DNA of 64,000 nucleotides from assembly GCF_018350175.1 (NCBI RefSeq), contig NC_058368.1, positions 21,020,001-21,084,000 on the forward strand. The letters run 5' to 3'. The DNA is from Felis catus (taxonomy: Eukaryota). The notes below the pieces were generated by a model that was not told the DNA's origin, searched no databases, and saw nothing but the letters and a program-made list of their open reading frames with translations. Both the position numbers and the translations under genes were made by a program. Positions 50,969-64,000 of the stretch are shown here, in pieces (the stretch's first letter is position 1; every line of letters begins with the position of its first letter).

Positions 50969-52619
50969 GATACAGAGATACGACCCGGATTCCATACGCG
51001 GACCAGGTGGGGTCTGAGGCAAGTCCCAGAATGGGCAACTGGGAGCCTTAGTCTCCACCTCACCCTCTTCACAACCATCAATTTACCTCCTGGGATAATA
51101 GTTTGCAACCCTGCAATAGACTTCAGTTACTACTACTAATCAGTTGCTTTGTCCTCCCGGTGGAAGCAAAACAGCAGAAGGTACCAGAAATGCTTGGGTT
51201 CCTAATGGCAGGGCCACCAAAGACAGATCTGTGGCCTTGCGAAAGTGAACATCTTTCTGTTTGCTTTGTGGCAAGTTTCTACTATCAAAGCTCTTGGGAC
51301 CAGCTGCGTGAGTCATACTTGTAAGTGCTGTTCCAACTAGTAGGAAACAGCCTTCCCTCTAAATAAATTTCGCTTTCAGAAAAGGCTTTAAAGCCCATTA
51401 CAGATAGGGCCATGAAACATTTGGCTACATGTAAATCCTTCCACAGCAAAAGGAAACTTCCTCATGTACCAGTAAAGCTAAAACTAAGTCCAGGAAAGTC
51501 TTAGCCAGGAGGGCCGAAAAGATATCTGGTAGAAAAGAATGCTTTACTTCCATTCTGTTTCAGGCCCACAGCATTCTTTTGAAGGACTCTTTAATAAGAA
51601 GAATTAATAGTGAGAACACACACACACACACAAAGTGTTAACTGAGGTACTAAGCCCAGCAGGTAGTCTGCTCTCCTTCTCCACAAGTCACCCTGCACTC
51701 CTCCCCTCCTGCCTCAGCCCATCCTAATGTCTTTTCCTTAAGGCTTTTTCTCACATCCTTGCTTTATGGAATAAAACTGTAACCCCAGCTTGCCTCAGCA
51801 CTAACAGATGTCGTAAGGAATCACTTCGGCTTGAATTCTGACTCTGTCTCTTCACCCCACCAGTCCTGTCAATGCCACAGGCCTTTGCACAGAAATTCAG
51901 AGCTCTTCCTGCAGCATCCAATGAACCTTCTTCAGTTAATGTTTTCAAAAGGGGACCCAGATCCATGAGATGTCTCAGACTATTCTTGCCTGGGTATTGG
52001 AGGAAATCTGTTACATCAAGCAGTTGCTTTTCTTGGTATTGAAGATAAGCTTTTCTGACCTAGAATCGGCCTGATTCTGTTATTTATTAACTCACCACAT
52101 GCCTCGCAACAACTTATCTTACTTTTCTTTTCTTGCAATAACTTCCCTTAACTCTGACATAAGGGATCATGTTTTCAAAAACCATTAAAAAAAAAAAGGT
52201 CACAAACATAATGTTTCATTATAATGGTTATTGCTCTTGGCTTTTATACTAACGTCATCCAGAGGTTTCTGAGACACCCAGGGACAAAGGCTCATTAACA
52301 ACAAGGCAAAGCTAGGCTCAGGCCCTGGATGGAGAAGTTAGTAGGCTCAACACTTTTCTAAACATATCAGAATTTAATATGCAACAGATTCAATATTTTA
52401 TTAAACATAATAAAACCTCTAACCTTGGATTTCTAATTGCTTACCACTTACTAGAATACAGTGGACAAACATACAATAGCTTGGAATTTAGGAACCAAAA
52501 GTAACACATCAGTGGTTTCACCAATAATTGTCTAAAGCCAAGGCAACAGCAATGAGGGAGGGCAACCCTTGATAATGCCTAACTCATAAAGCTTGGTTTA
52601 GTTCTTCATTCCTGAGTCA

Positions 52620-53210
52620 TAGTGGTCAGGGTTACACTGCAGAGAATAGAATTCAATCTGGCTAGGTTAAGCAGAACCAGGTTTATTACGCTGTACTAAA
52701 TAGCTTACAGAGCATTGGGAGCGCTAACGAAACAAACTCCAGGTTCTTCTAGGGACAACTCCCAAGCCACCCAGCAGGACCAGGCCACCGAGGCTGCTGT
52801 CTGCTGATTGGGAAGCTGGTCTACAAACACACTGCCTCTGGCTGCCGTGAAGAGGAGACCTTCATGAGCCCCACTGTCGCTGCTGGCTCCAGGACTCCGC
52901 CAGGCCTGAGACCATCTCCACTGGCATTCCGGGGGGGCCCGAGCCCTGCCTCTCAGCGTGCATGACGTTAATGGCCAGGCCCTGGGGCCTTTGCCTGTAT
53001 GGCTACAGGGAAACCACCTGCCTCCCAGTCTTCCCAGCCTCTGCCTGCCTTCTGCCTTCCAAGTAAGAGAGCATCTAAATCCACCCACAACTCTGGGTGC
53101 AAGGGCACTGGGAAACATAGTTTTTAGCTTTTCAACCCCGGCAGTATAGGAAAGCACAGCAGAAGGAGGCTGAAATGGATGTTGAGTGATAACCCCTCGC
53201 GCCCACCACA
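52620..53210 (-). mobile_element. Old MaLR LTR (MLT1J/K-like)
   Basis: CTGGCTAGGTTAAGCAGAA..AGGTTTATT...GCAAGGGCACTGGGAAACATAGTTTTTAGCTTT...CCCACCACA. Confidence 0.7.
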
Positions 53211-54972
53211 GAAGTCAATGCTAAAAGACTCACCTTCTCTTCCCCACCACCCACCCACCAAGACTGCTGAGAGAGATATGGGAAAAGCGGGTGATAAATG
53301 TAGCAAGGATTTGGTTATACAAATGGATGGCTCACAGCACAACTGTTTACGTGAGGCTGCTTCCGGAGAGAAGTTACAACCAAGCTGAGGGAACTTTCTC
53401 TCCATCGGCCAGCAAAATTTAAGAAAAGGCATTTTTCTTCTTCTTGGGAGCCTCGGGAAATACGGGACTATTCTCCCCCTGTCACTCTACTATATGCCCT
53501 ACCCAAGATTAATGGAGGGTAACATGGTATGTCTTAAGTCTTCTCTTCAGAATGAGGCCATCAGATTCCTTATTCTGAGATTCACTTAACACCACTAGGC
53601 AGGCATTCCAGACTTACCAAGAGCTCTACTAACAGAAAATTATCCATTTCTTAATAAACCTGTAGCCAAAATAGCCTCTCTCTCTCTCTCTTTTTTTTTT
53701 TTTTTTGGCAAGGAGAGTTGCTATCGTACTATTGATATTTGCTATTTGCATGTATTTCCCAGCAGAGTCTTTGCTCTCACCCATGATGATGCTCTGTCTG
53801 CTATATTTTAGCACCTTCTGTCAAGTGACTCCAAATTCCACATTCCCATCAGGCATGAACAAAATCCTGTCAAGTGCTATTATACGTCAAGTACAAGAGA
53901 CACAGAGATAAATAAGACAGATGTGGACCCTGCCCTTGTAGAGTATGCGGTCTAGAGATGAGTTCTGAAAGGTGCTCAACACAATAAACAATATCAGTCC
54001 AGCCCTGAGATCTGTGTGGAATTTCTGAGTAATAAATGTTCCAGTTACTCTCCTTTGGACTTTGTTCACACACATGGAGAAGTTTGAGCTATACGATAAC
54101 ATTGCTTCAACGTTCAAATGTGGAGAGTCTTCTAGAAGAACACACTAGCTAAGGGTGATATATAAGCCAAATGTAGTATTCCAGGCCCCAGTGCTGATGC
54201 TGGACAGGTGTTTCTGTCATGAAAGAGAGAGTCTGGAGCTGATATGACCATAAGTGAGGTGTGGGGTTCCTGGTCGAGGGTCTGGCCTAGAATCACCAGT
54301 GGAGACGCCTCACAAAACTCGACCTCAGTGACAATTAACTGGCCACAGGTCACATTTCAATTATCGTCCTGAGAAACAGGGATAAGAAGCAAGCCAAACT
54401 AACTTAGCCATGGTTTTCTTTACTGTCTGAACAGCACCTGCATCCATTTAGCTAGGGGGAAAAAAGCTTTAATTAAATTTCCCTCAAAATTCATGTGGGT
54501 TTAGATTAGGGAAAGGTGTTAAAAAAAGGGGGGGGGGGAATTTTGCCAAAAAGATTTAAAAATAGTTCTCTAGAGATTTTATGAAATCCCTCAGGCTATG
54601 AAACCCCACCTACCCCACCCCACCCCAGGTCAATTCCAGTTTGGTTTACATATAAGCTGAAATTTTAGATGACATTTCATTATATCAAAACAAGACCAAC
54701 TAGTAGTCACATTGGGCTTTCTGGTTCCATAGTGGAAAAGAAACGACCTAATTCTTGTCAGGGAGACCTCCTATCCCTCTTTTCAACAGTCTGTAGTTTG
54801 AGTCAGGCCGTGCTGGGCACTAGAAATACTGAGATAAGCAAGATACGATCCCCGCCTTCCAGAGAAAGAGCCTGTACCTCACAAAAAGAGATCAAGTAAA
54901 ATTCCATCAAAGACAAAGGGCCCCGTCTGACAATGGTCACACATGAGCAGCCTGACTTGGTCATCAAGCAAG

Positions 54973-55521
54973 TGTGGAAATAAGCGAAGACAAAGCAAAT
55001 AAGAAAAACAAAGGCTGTTTGTTCAGAGCTCAGGACAGCAACATTGTCAGTCACCATCATTTGCGTTTTGACAGACTCAAAGGCAGTCAGAGGAATGGGA
55101 AAGTTCTGCGGTGAAACAAGGGAAGGCTGTGGGTGTGCCCCGAATGGAGGCTGGAAGCAGGAGGTGGTGCGACCAGCGGGGTATCCAATGTGACTAGTTG
55201 AGGGTGCGCATTCGGCTCTCTTTAGTTAGTCCTAAGTCGGGAGTGGGGACTCAAAGAGGGACGCTGTCGGTTATTAACTAAGTCCTGGGCATTTGGGGCT
55301 CATGGTTACAGAAGTCATTGCTTAGCTTCCTGGATTGTTACCCGAGATGGCAATCTGGCTTCCTGCAACCTGGCTTCCTTCCTGTAGCAGGCTGCCTTCC
55401 GGGGATGTTTATTGTAGATAAGGGGGTTGCTTTCCTGGGCTGGGTGCTGCAGGTTGTGGGTCAGAGTTCTATTTTAATGTATGTCCAGGAACTGTCCCAT
55501 TTGTATATTCACTCTGTCACA
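54973..55521 (-). mobile_element. ERV1-class LTR (MER67-like), with an adjacent internal stub at about 54885-54972
   Basis: TG...CA termini; the minus strand ends ...CTCTGAACAAACAGCCTTTG...TTATTTCCACA, as in the recalled MER67 3' end. Confidence 0.7.
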
Positions 55522-55529
55522 AGCCTAGG

Positions 55530-55905
55530 ACTCTATTCTGTCCTGGCCCTAGGATTCCACTTGACATTAACTCCCCCTAGCAGTGCAGGCATCCCCAGAG
55601 CACCATCCCCCCCACCCCCAAACCTCCTTAGTGTCTCCCAACATGCTCAACTTCTGGCCTTCACAACAGTGCTGGGAGAATGTCTCTGCCAGACCTCCCC
55701 AGGCAGGCCTCTTCCTGTCTCATTGCTCTAACTCCACTCTGTGTAAGATAAGGAGAACGAGATTTGCCCACAAAAGACAAGCAAGTTATCTTACATAAAA
55801 CAGCAAGTCTTTGAATCATACGTGACCCTGTGGCAAGGGCCTGGTTTATCTTTAATGGTATTAAACATCTATGAACATAAGGATCCATTTGCAAGCATAA
55901 CAGCG
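55530..55905 (+). mobile_element. L2 3' fragment
   Basis: CTTCTGGCCTTCACAACAGTG..GGAGAATGTCTCT...GGCAAGGGCCTGGTTTATCTT...TTACTGAATGAA. Confidence 0.5.
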
Positions 55906-56310
55906 AGACTATAGCAAAATAGAACATATAAACATTACTGAATGAAAAGGCATTTAAAGAACAGTATGGTATACCATCCCATTCTAAATAACATGTATGT
56001 GTGTGTATGCATAGGAAAAATACAAACGATAGAAAAAATTAAGTTCTCAGTTGTAAGGTGATTTTTTAAAACTTTTGCTTGCTTGATTTCCTAATCCTTT
56101 TGTTTTTACAACCAACATGCATTACTTGTGAAGTAATAAATAACAATAAAAGTTTAAACTTATTAAAAAGCCATAGTATACTTTAAAAAGAGAGCCCTCT
56201 CATAGCAACACGTCTGACTCATTAAGAGCCGCCATTGTGAGCACTTACCACTTCAATGGCTATTACCCTCATAATTACAACGAATCTACGAGGTGAGTGT
56301 TTCCATCTAT

Positions 56311-56316
56311 ATTTTT

Positions 56317-56362
<46 letters not shown>

Positions 56363-56504
56363 CATGTGCAAGTGGGGGAGGGGCAGAGAGCGAGGATTCT
56401 GAAGTGGGCTCTGTGCTGACAGCAGGGAGCTCAATGCAGGGCTCAAACTCATGAACCACGAGATCATGACCTGAGCCGAAGTTGGCCACTTAACCAGGTG
56501 CTCC
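56311..56504 (-). mobile_element. Can-SINE with its A-box region deleted, inserted in a MIR
   Basis: CTTAACC|AGGTGCTCC lacks GACTGAGCCACC; TCCATC flanks. Confidence 0.9.
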
Positions 56505-56599
56505 ATCCTATTTTATAGACAAGGAAACCAAAGTGCAGAGAGTAGAAGCAACCTGCCAGGGCTGTCAGACCCCTATGTTGGAGCTCTCAGCCACTATTC

Positions 56600-56785
56600 T
56601 GTTCTGCCTCCCTTCCAGGATGCATGGCCTTAAATTGTGACTCATACCAATTACATGACCACAGAAACTCACTTCCCACCTCCAAAATGGGAATGAGAAT
56701 TGTACCTACCTCATATCCAGTCATAAGGACAAGGAGATAATGCACATGCGAAGAGTTAACACAGGGCCCAAGGCCTAGGAAATGT
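56600..56785 (+). mobile_element. MIR
   Basis: CCTCCAAAATGGGAATGAGAATTGTACCTACCTCATA...GAGATAATGCACATG. Confidence 0.75.
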
Positions 56786-57224
56786 TTAGGGTTAGGGTTA
56801 GGGTTGATCATTGATATAAGGACCATTGTTTTCAGCATTTTATGAAATACTTTTAAATACAAATACTTTTATATTTAAGTTAAAAGAAACAGTAATGCAT
56901 AATAAGAACCATTGTAATAGACACTTATGAAGAGATTTGGCTTTAGAAATAGCTAATATAATTAAGAATGAGTGTGAAGGATTTCTTTTTAACTCACTCT
57001 TGGAATTATCTTCTTCACTGTTTGACATTTATCTATTTCAGAAATGAGTTATGGTTTCCTTTGATAGAAAAATACAATAGAAAAAAGAAAAATTTGAAAC
57101 TTCCTCAGGTAATCTCACCTGTGGCCAAAGTCAGGTTGCCTTAGGCCTAACAGTCAGGTCACCATAAGGCACTGGGAGGCCACACGCCCTGACTCTGACT
57201 CTGGCTGCCCAGCAAAGTAGTCAG

Positions 57225-57358
57225 GGAGCCTACAAGACATCCTGATGCCCAAACTCACCTCAGAGGTTTTGATCAAATTGGCAAGGGTGGGCCCTGGCTA
57301 AGGGAGGACTTAAAAGTATCCCAGGTAATTCAATGTGCAGCCAGCTGAGAACCACATG
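57225..57358. mobile_element. hAT-Charlie MITE (MER5A-like)
   Basis: CTGATGCCC...CAGAGGTTTTGAT..AATTGG...CCCAGGTAATTCAATGTGCAGCCAG.TGAGAACCAC. Confidence 0.7.
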
Positions 57359-57526
57359 AAGCTAAAACCACAGGGAAATAAACTTCTTTGGGACTCAATT
57401 TGCAAACCTAAATATAGGTGACAACAGTAACAATGCCCAGAGGCAAGCGGTCTGGTTAAAAGCAATTAACACTTACCTTGCGTTGAACACATTTTCATTA
57501 ATTTTATTTTTAAACTCTCCACTAAT

Positions 57527-57744
57527 GGGGTGCCTGGGTAGCTCAGTCGGTTAAGTGTCCGACTTCAGCTCAGGTCATGATCTCACGGTTTGTGGGTTCG
57601 AGCCCCACATCGGGCTCTGTGCTGACAGCTCAGAGCCTGGAGCCTGCTTCGGATTCTGTGTCTCCCTCTCTCTCTGTTCGTCCCCTGCTCTCACTCTGTC
57701 TCTCACTCTCTCAAAAATAAATAAAGATTAAAAAAAAGTTTTTT
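57527..57744 (+). mobile_element. Can-SINE (SINEC_Fc type)
   Basis: Full body; TSD AACTCTCCACT. Confidence 0.96.
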
Positions 57745-58161
57745 AACTCTCCACTGACAAAAATAATATCTAATATTTACTGAGCACTTATTGTGTGCCA
57801 GGCACAGTTGTATACACTTTTCAGAGTGAAGTGGACGGCACACAACTGAACCCGGGCAGTCTGGCCCAAGGCTCTGCGGGACCAATCCCTACTTTATGCT
57901 TTCACCAGTGCAAACATTCTTAAACTTTCAAAGTGGTTTGAGTGTTTAAATTTATTAACTTAAAATCTGTCAATAGATGAAACAATTTTTTTTCCCACTT
58001 GACCCAGGCTTTTTACAAACAGGCAGTTTCTGCTTATAGGCAATACTGCTTCATTTGTCTGCTTGAGCCAATTGTCCTAAAACCTCTGGACAAGCAGACG
58101 CATTTAACGATAACAAGAGGGGACAGGTCATTCTAACTCGGCAACTGTCATGGTTTTCACC

Positions 58162-58330
58162 CAGAGGCTGAATTACCATGAAGCTGGGCTCAGGGCCCCT
58201 CAGGTACCCCTTCTAAGGCCCAGGAAGAAATACACTGACTTTTTACTTGTAAATGTGTTGTATTTTTCCTAAGGAGGTCTCCCCCAAATTGGATAAGCTT
58301 TAAGCCCCGGCAAACCTGGGTCTGTCCCTT
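58162..58330. mobile_element. hAT MITE (MER53-like)
   Basis: CCCCCAAATTGGATAAGCTTTAAGCCCC..CAAACCTGGGTCTGTCCCT matches the recalled consensus end. Confidence 0.55.
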
Positions 58331-59741
58331 ACCTAGAGACAGAGCCGCCATCTTCCTCGAGATAGGAAGACACGTGATCTGAGTCCCAGTTCGAGACTCT
58401 AACACCAGACTAATGCTAGAGCTTTCCAGCTGGACTCCGTGCCTGTAGACTGCTGACTCCACCATGGAAGTACCCTGCAGATACCACAGATAGTCACTGT
58501 GTTACTGCCCTGCCCCAAGTCAGTGATTCCCAAGGTCTGCGAAGCCCAGTCACCAAAGACTCTTCATAATGTGACCTCCACCTGCATCCTCCTTCTTCTC
58601 CTTCTTCCGCATTTGTGCAGCCTCCCACCTTTACTCCCTTGATGACATCTGATACCCCTTTCTACCCGGCGTAACTGGCTTTCCCTGGTTTTGAGCGAGA
58701 CTCATTCTTTTCTTACTTCCTTCATCTTGTTCATGTACTTCGTTTTACTTACAATCATGTTCCATTCAAAGTAGTGCTCATACCACTGAAACATGTTTGC
58801 CCCTTGATAATCCCTACCCATCTCTTAAGGCAACTTCCTCCATAAGGCTTCCTGGGCCAGAAAAGGTCAATTTGCCAACGCTGCTTGTTTGCAGTGTTCA
58901 TAGCATCCTTATTCTGTACTGCTTGGAATTCTGGTTGCCAGTATATATGTTCATCTCTCCCACCGATTTGTAAAATGCAGAATCACCTATTGTGGAGCGC
59001 AGTGCCATGCAAACTATAGTTTTGCAACAACTTTTTGAATCTTTATAGTATCTTTAAACCAAAAAAAAATTTTTTTAAGCCTCTGTGTTTTGTATAAACT
59101 TCTTGCTTTTTCAACTTTAATGTCTGTTGGGAAAGGAAGGGTGGTACCTATTATTCTTTTTGCGATTATAATGGACAGGGACTGCCTTTGAACTGGGCAA
59201 CTTCTAGTCAAGTAAAGATGCCCACTGACAGCGTATGGCAGCTTTGGGGCTCTTTTATATTCTATTCAATAGGGAGAGAAAAGCAGCATGGCATTCACTA
59301 GTGAGTATATACCGACCAACCAACTAGTTAAGCAGGTCCACATTCTACCAACAGCGGCAGGGTAACTCGACCACCTTCAGCCGGGAAGAAGAAAAGTTGC
59401 TGATAATCAAAAAAAAAAAAAAAAAAAAAGGCACACGAAGGGAATTTTAACAGCAAGATGGCCTAAAGCCCAAGCATTTTGGATCTACCTTGGAAGGGAG
59501 TGGAGTTTAAAATGAATTCTGAGTAATTTAGCAAAGAGACTTATAATCAAAATCTGGAGGCTATAGTTGGGTTAGATTATTCTAGAACTCGTGTAATTAA
59601 GCATTAGTCCTAAAGTGAATTCCGTCTAACTGGACTCTTGTTCTTGCCTCCTCCAAAAAATTAACTCTGACATTATCACATAAGCTACTGCTAAATTTAG
59701 CAATTTTCACTATATAGTATTGAATTTAGAAAGGTGATGGA

Positions 59742-59980
59742 GGGGCGCCTGGGTGGCTCAGTTGGTTAAGCATCTGACTCTTGATTTCAGCTCAGGTCAT
59801 GACCTCACGGTCATGAGATTGAGCCCTGTGTGGGGCGCTGTGCTGACAGTTAGGAGCCTGCTCAGGATTCCCTCTCCCTCCCTATCTGTCCCTTTCCCAC
59901 TTGCATGTGTGTGAGCTCTCTCTCTCTTTCTCTCTCTCTCTCTCTAAACAAATAAATAAACATAAAAAAAAGAAAAGAAA
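59742..59980 (+). mobile_element. Can-SINE
   Basis: GGGGCGCCTGGGTGGCTCAG head, (CT)n, A tail. Confidence 0.95.
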
Positions 59981-61559
59981 ACTAATGTCTATTCATGGAA
60001 GGGATCTGGTGTCACACCTACCCAGGTGGAATCTGGAGCAGTAGAATCTAGTAGCGTGAAACTGACCAAAGAGGAAAATGCTCAGGCTCAAGTGCAGAAT
60101 TTGGAAAGCTTGTTACAAAGTTTTTGGAGACTGAAAATATCATATAGTCTTAGATATCGAGTTTGTATTAGGAAACCAAAATTTAAAATTGTGAAATTAC
60201 GGATCATTTGGCACACCCTCTCCATCCCCCATGAGCCCTCACATTTGCATAAACTAAATAAAGGAGAAAACATGTTTGTATGAGTTGGGGAAGGGCAGAA
60301 TCTTGAATCGTCTGGGTAATTGTCTGTTTTACTAAAATAAATCTCCCCATAAACTTTTGCTTGTTTTCTTCACCCCAAGTTAAGAGACCTGAATGTAATA
60401 ATGGAATGAGAGGAGAGGGGTTACGTTTCCCTTATGTTGATGAGAGAGCAGCATCTCTCACCGCAGAGAATGTCACTGCAGGGGCTGAAGAATAATTTTC
60501 ATCATAAGCTCCCTTTTGTTGATTACTTATAACTGTATGTACTTTAAAAAAAATACAACTAGTTCCCTTTTAGTCTTGAATGTCTCAGACTCGGTCTCTA
60601 CTCCCCAAGGTAAACTACTTTGGAGCAACTGAGCAAAATAGACTTCAGCAAAATGCTATTTTTCACATTCAGTGAAAAGCACCTTTACCTCTAGAGTTCC
60701 TCCAAGATGTCTGAGTCCAGGACCTCAGACTTGGCAAATGGATTTAGAAGCACCGATGAAGAGAAACAGAGCTAGACATGACCCCACTAGCTGAGTGTTT
60801 TATTTAAGATGCAAAGGTTTTCATCTACAGATAAACTGAGCGCTGTAATAGGAGTATTTCTGCTCCATGGTGAAGTCTACCAGAAACAAAATCTCAGAGG
60901 GAAAGGCTACCAGGTAAATTGAACTCACTAAAATTTCCTCCAGACAATAACAACCAGTTAAGTAAGACGATTGGAATAATTCATCCTCCTGGAACACAAA
61001 ACACAAAGGGCAATATGAAATGTGATATTAAGATTTTAAAAAGAAGTATACAAAAGTCAGGAATTTCCTTCCAAAATAAAAGCGTGGGTGGGAACCGATC
61101 AAATGTTAGAAGTTGCTCTGATATGCTTCAGTCAACAAAAAGAATGCCTTCCTTCCAGGATTCAGTGTCAGGTAGCAACTTTCAATTCTAGCCACTTTTC
61201 AAACAAATACACAGGTATGGCAGCAGTTAGAAACAGTGGCTGCGAATTACATCCAACTGACTTCATCTTGGACCCCCTTCTTACGCTTTCGTTCTTCATC
61301 TAACACACAGATCCTAGTATGAGTCTGTTTCCCATGAGTTACTGGCAGACATAACCTGGCACTGCTTTTGTGACAACGCTTGGCTTAAAGTTTGAGAAAA
61401 AGCTTTTCTTCTATGGCTCCTCTGGTTTTTGTCTGTGGTATTTGACATCTGCCAAATCATTATGCTATACTTCTATACCCATCCCTATAGACACTTGGCT
61501 ACATTCACTTAACAGGATAACTTCAAAATATATAAATTGTAAATTGGTGAGTGAAGAGA

Positions 61560-63968
61560 ATCTGAACCATAATGAGAGTACCATAACGAGAGATTTTCAC
61601 CTCCCTAAAAGAGATTTAAAAAAATAAGATGTAGAAGATTCAAACAAAAGAATAAATAAGATTGATGTAGTAAGCATGTATCACATACAGAACGACATTC
61701 TTTTTGAGTACACATGAAATGATTCCAAAAATATCCTCGAAGTAACTTAAGGATGTCTCAGCAAACACCAAAAACATCATATCATATAGACCACATTCTC
61801 CTACCATAATACAGTAAAATAAGAAATCAATAAAAAATTAACTCATGTACGTTGAAACAAAACATCCACTTATAAATAATCTAAGGGTCAAAGATGAACT
61901 ATAACGAAAGTTATTAAATATTTAGAATTAAACAATGCATTTGTGGTATGCAACTATGGTGATACATGAATAACCTTAAATTCGGATTCAGAAAGAAAGT
62001 TTGAAAATCAATAATTGATGCGTTCAACTCATGACATTATTTAAAAAGCTATAAAATAAGCCAATAAAGGGGAGACAAGGAAGAGAATATGAGTAAATAA
62101 GAAATTAATCAAATAGAAAAAAAACAGTATCAACAAAATCAACTGCTCTTTCTTAGAATGGATAAATCTTTGGTGAGAAAGTAGAAGAGGAGAGAGTATA
62201 TGCAGAATAAACAGTATTAGAAACGAAAAGAGAGTCAAAATAGAGATATTTTGTAAAGGTTTATGATACTGTAAGAGAATACCATGAACAAATTAACCAG
62301 TAAGTTTTAAAAACTTAAATATAATGGACAGTTTCCTGGAAAAAGATTGCAATTTCCCAAAACTAACTCAAGAAGAGGCAGAAACGTGGAAGGGACATGC
62401 ATCGTTTAAGGAAAGTGAATCAGAGTAGTTAAAAATTTTAAAGTATCCCATATAGACGCACCAAAGCATCAGAGTCAGACAGGTTTACAGTCATATTTTA
62501 CCACGGCTTTAGTAATTTTATAATGTCTTCCTTATTCACACTATTCCAGGGGCTACCAGAGAGGAAAAGCTCTCCAATTCCTTTTATGAAGCTAGCAAAA
62601 CCTTAATATCAAAACTAAATGAAAACAACATAAGAAAGTGAGATTACAGGCTTAATCACCTATATGGATATAGATCATATTTGTAAAACTTCAGCATATA
62701 ATGCTAGCACAAAGCAAGCTTTAAATAGGAATGTGAGGATGATTTACATTTACTTAATATAAAATCTATTATGTGAACACTGTATTAATAAAGAAAAAAT
62801 CTCAGTAGTTACAGAAAATTACATAATGAAAAAGTCAACATCCTTTCATAGTAAAGAGTTTTAATAAACTTGGAAGAAAAAAATATATTTCATCTAGAAA
62901 AACTACAAAAATTAAGTGTCATACTTTGTAATCAATGACAGAAGCACCTGCTATAAAGTCAGGAATATAATAAAGATGCCTGCGATTAACACAACTATTC
63001 AACTTGTAACTGGAGGTCTTCATCAATTCCATAAAACAAGGGATAGAAAGAAGAAGAAATTGGAGGGGTGCTCAAAATTGTCATTAACTATAGAATACAT
63101 TATTGTCTACAGAAAAGCCAAAAGCATTCACAAACTTATAACCAATAAGAGAGTTTAGTAGAGTCACTGAATACATCAATGAATTAACAAAAAATCAATG
63201 AGATTCCCATGCACAAAAACTACCTATTAAAAATGTAAAAAAAAACTACCTTTTAAAAACTACCTATTAAAAAATGTCCAATTAAAACATCCATTCCATA
63301 ATAAATGGAAAAATCTTTTAAAATCTGATAAGTTCCTAGGAATAAATCTAACAAAAGCAGTATATTAACTGAAAGGCTAGAATTTTAATGAAGGATATAA
63401 CAGAATACTCAAGTAAATGGAAAGATATGTCATATTCATTTACCAGAAGGCTCTCAGCATAATAAAGATGTCAGTTCTTCTGAGATTAATCTGCAGATTC
63501 AAGGGAATCCCAACAAATATTACAGCTTGTCATGAAAACTGACAAGCTTTTCCTGAATTTTATTTAGGTGAGTAAAGTCAAAAATAGCTAAGACCTCCTT
63601 AAAGGAGATTAAAAAGGGGATTTCCTCCATCAGACACCAAAGCCACTCTAAGTCTGCAATCATTAAAACAACGTGCAAGAAGACTGACAGATAGGCCAAT
63701 GGAAAAGAATGGAGAGTTCAGAAATCAAAACTTGTTGAAGAAAATACCTTTATGACCTTGGGTAGGAGGTAATCTCTTAAAGAAGACATAATAAGCCCAA
63801 ACCTTAAAGGGGAAAATTGATCAATTCAACTACATTAAAAACAAACCTATATAATTAGAACACTATTTTTCAAAAGTCACAGACTAGGAGAAGAGAGTTA
63901 CAATCACTACAAATAAACAAAATATTAGTAATTAAAATATATAAATTACTTTTACATGAAGAAAAAGA
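61560..63968 (+). mobile_element. Very old L1M ORF2 remnant
   Basis: Degenerate ORF2 landmarks (ACCACATTCTC..ACCATAAT, AATTCCTTTTATGAAGCTAGCA, CTAGGAATAAATCTAACAAAA, AAAGATGTCAGTTCTT). Confidence 0.8.
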
Positions 63969-63969
63969 A

Positions 63970-64000
63970 GGGCGCCTGGTTGGCTCACTCAGTTAAGCGC
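63970..64000 (+). mobile_element. Can-SINE 5' end, cut by the window edge
   Basis: GGGCGCCTGGTTGGCTCACTCAGTTAAGCG. Confidence 0.85.

Noticed and set aside
52705..53157. 150-aa GC-rich ORF
   Set aside because: Lies entirely within an old MaLR LTR; no recognisable domain
60026..61330. Unique-looking region with several short ORFs
   Set aside because: No recognisable protein motif, consistent exon boundaries or repeat identity; left unannotated
63215..63277. Triple AAAAACTACCT repeat as a spacer-type array
   Set aside because: Slippage duplication inside L1; no CRISPR-like structure exists in the window

Overview
Non-coding, repeat-rich mammalian genomic DNA from a cat-family (Felidae) genome, judged from about 27 tRNA-derived Can-SINEs of the feline SINEC_Fc type and carnivore L1s. 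I can support no protein-coding exon, RNA gene or CRISPR array. The recognisable listed ORFs come from SINE or L1 sequence; the rest are short with no motif I recognise. The window is intergenic or deep intronic and is a layered record of mobile elements: young feline SINEs, a 5'-to-3' carnivore L1 with TSDs, old L1M, MaLR and ERV1 LTRs, Tigger and hAT MITEs, MIR, L2 and CR1. The least obvious signals are (i) a very decayed hAT transposase fossil at about 18.7-20.6 kb, recognised from motif order and spacing; (ii) an ancient RTE-clade reverse-transcriptase fossil at about 26.66-27.27 kb with many CpGs; (iii) a Tigger-like MITE inserted into a carnivore L1; (iv) a templated-insertion repair scar at 24.3 kb that copies sequence from 25.25 kb; and (v) several perfect hairpins and candidate enhancers. 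Repeat subfamily names are recalled from consensus sequences, not searched. Boundaries of old elements are approximate. I found no evidence of a new biological system.
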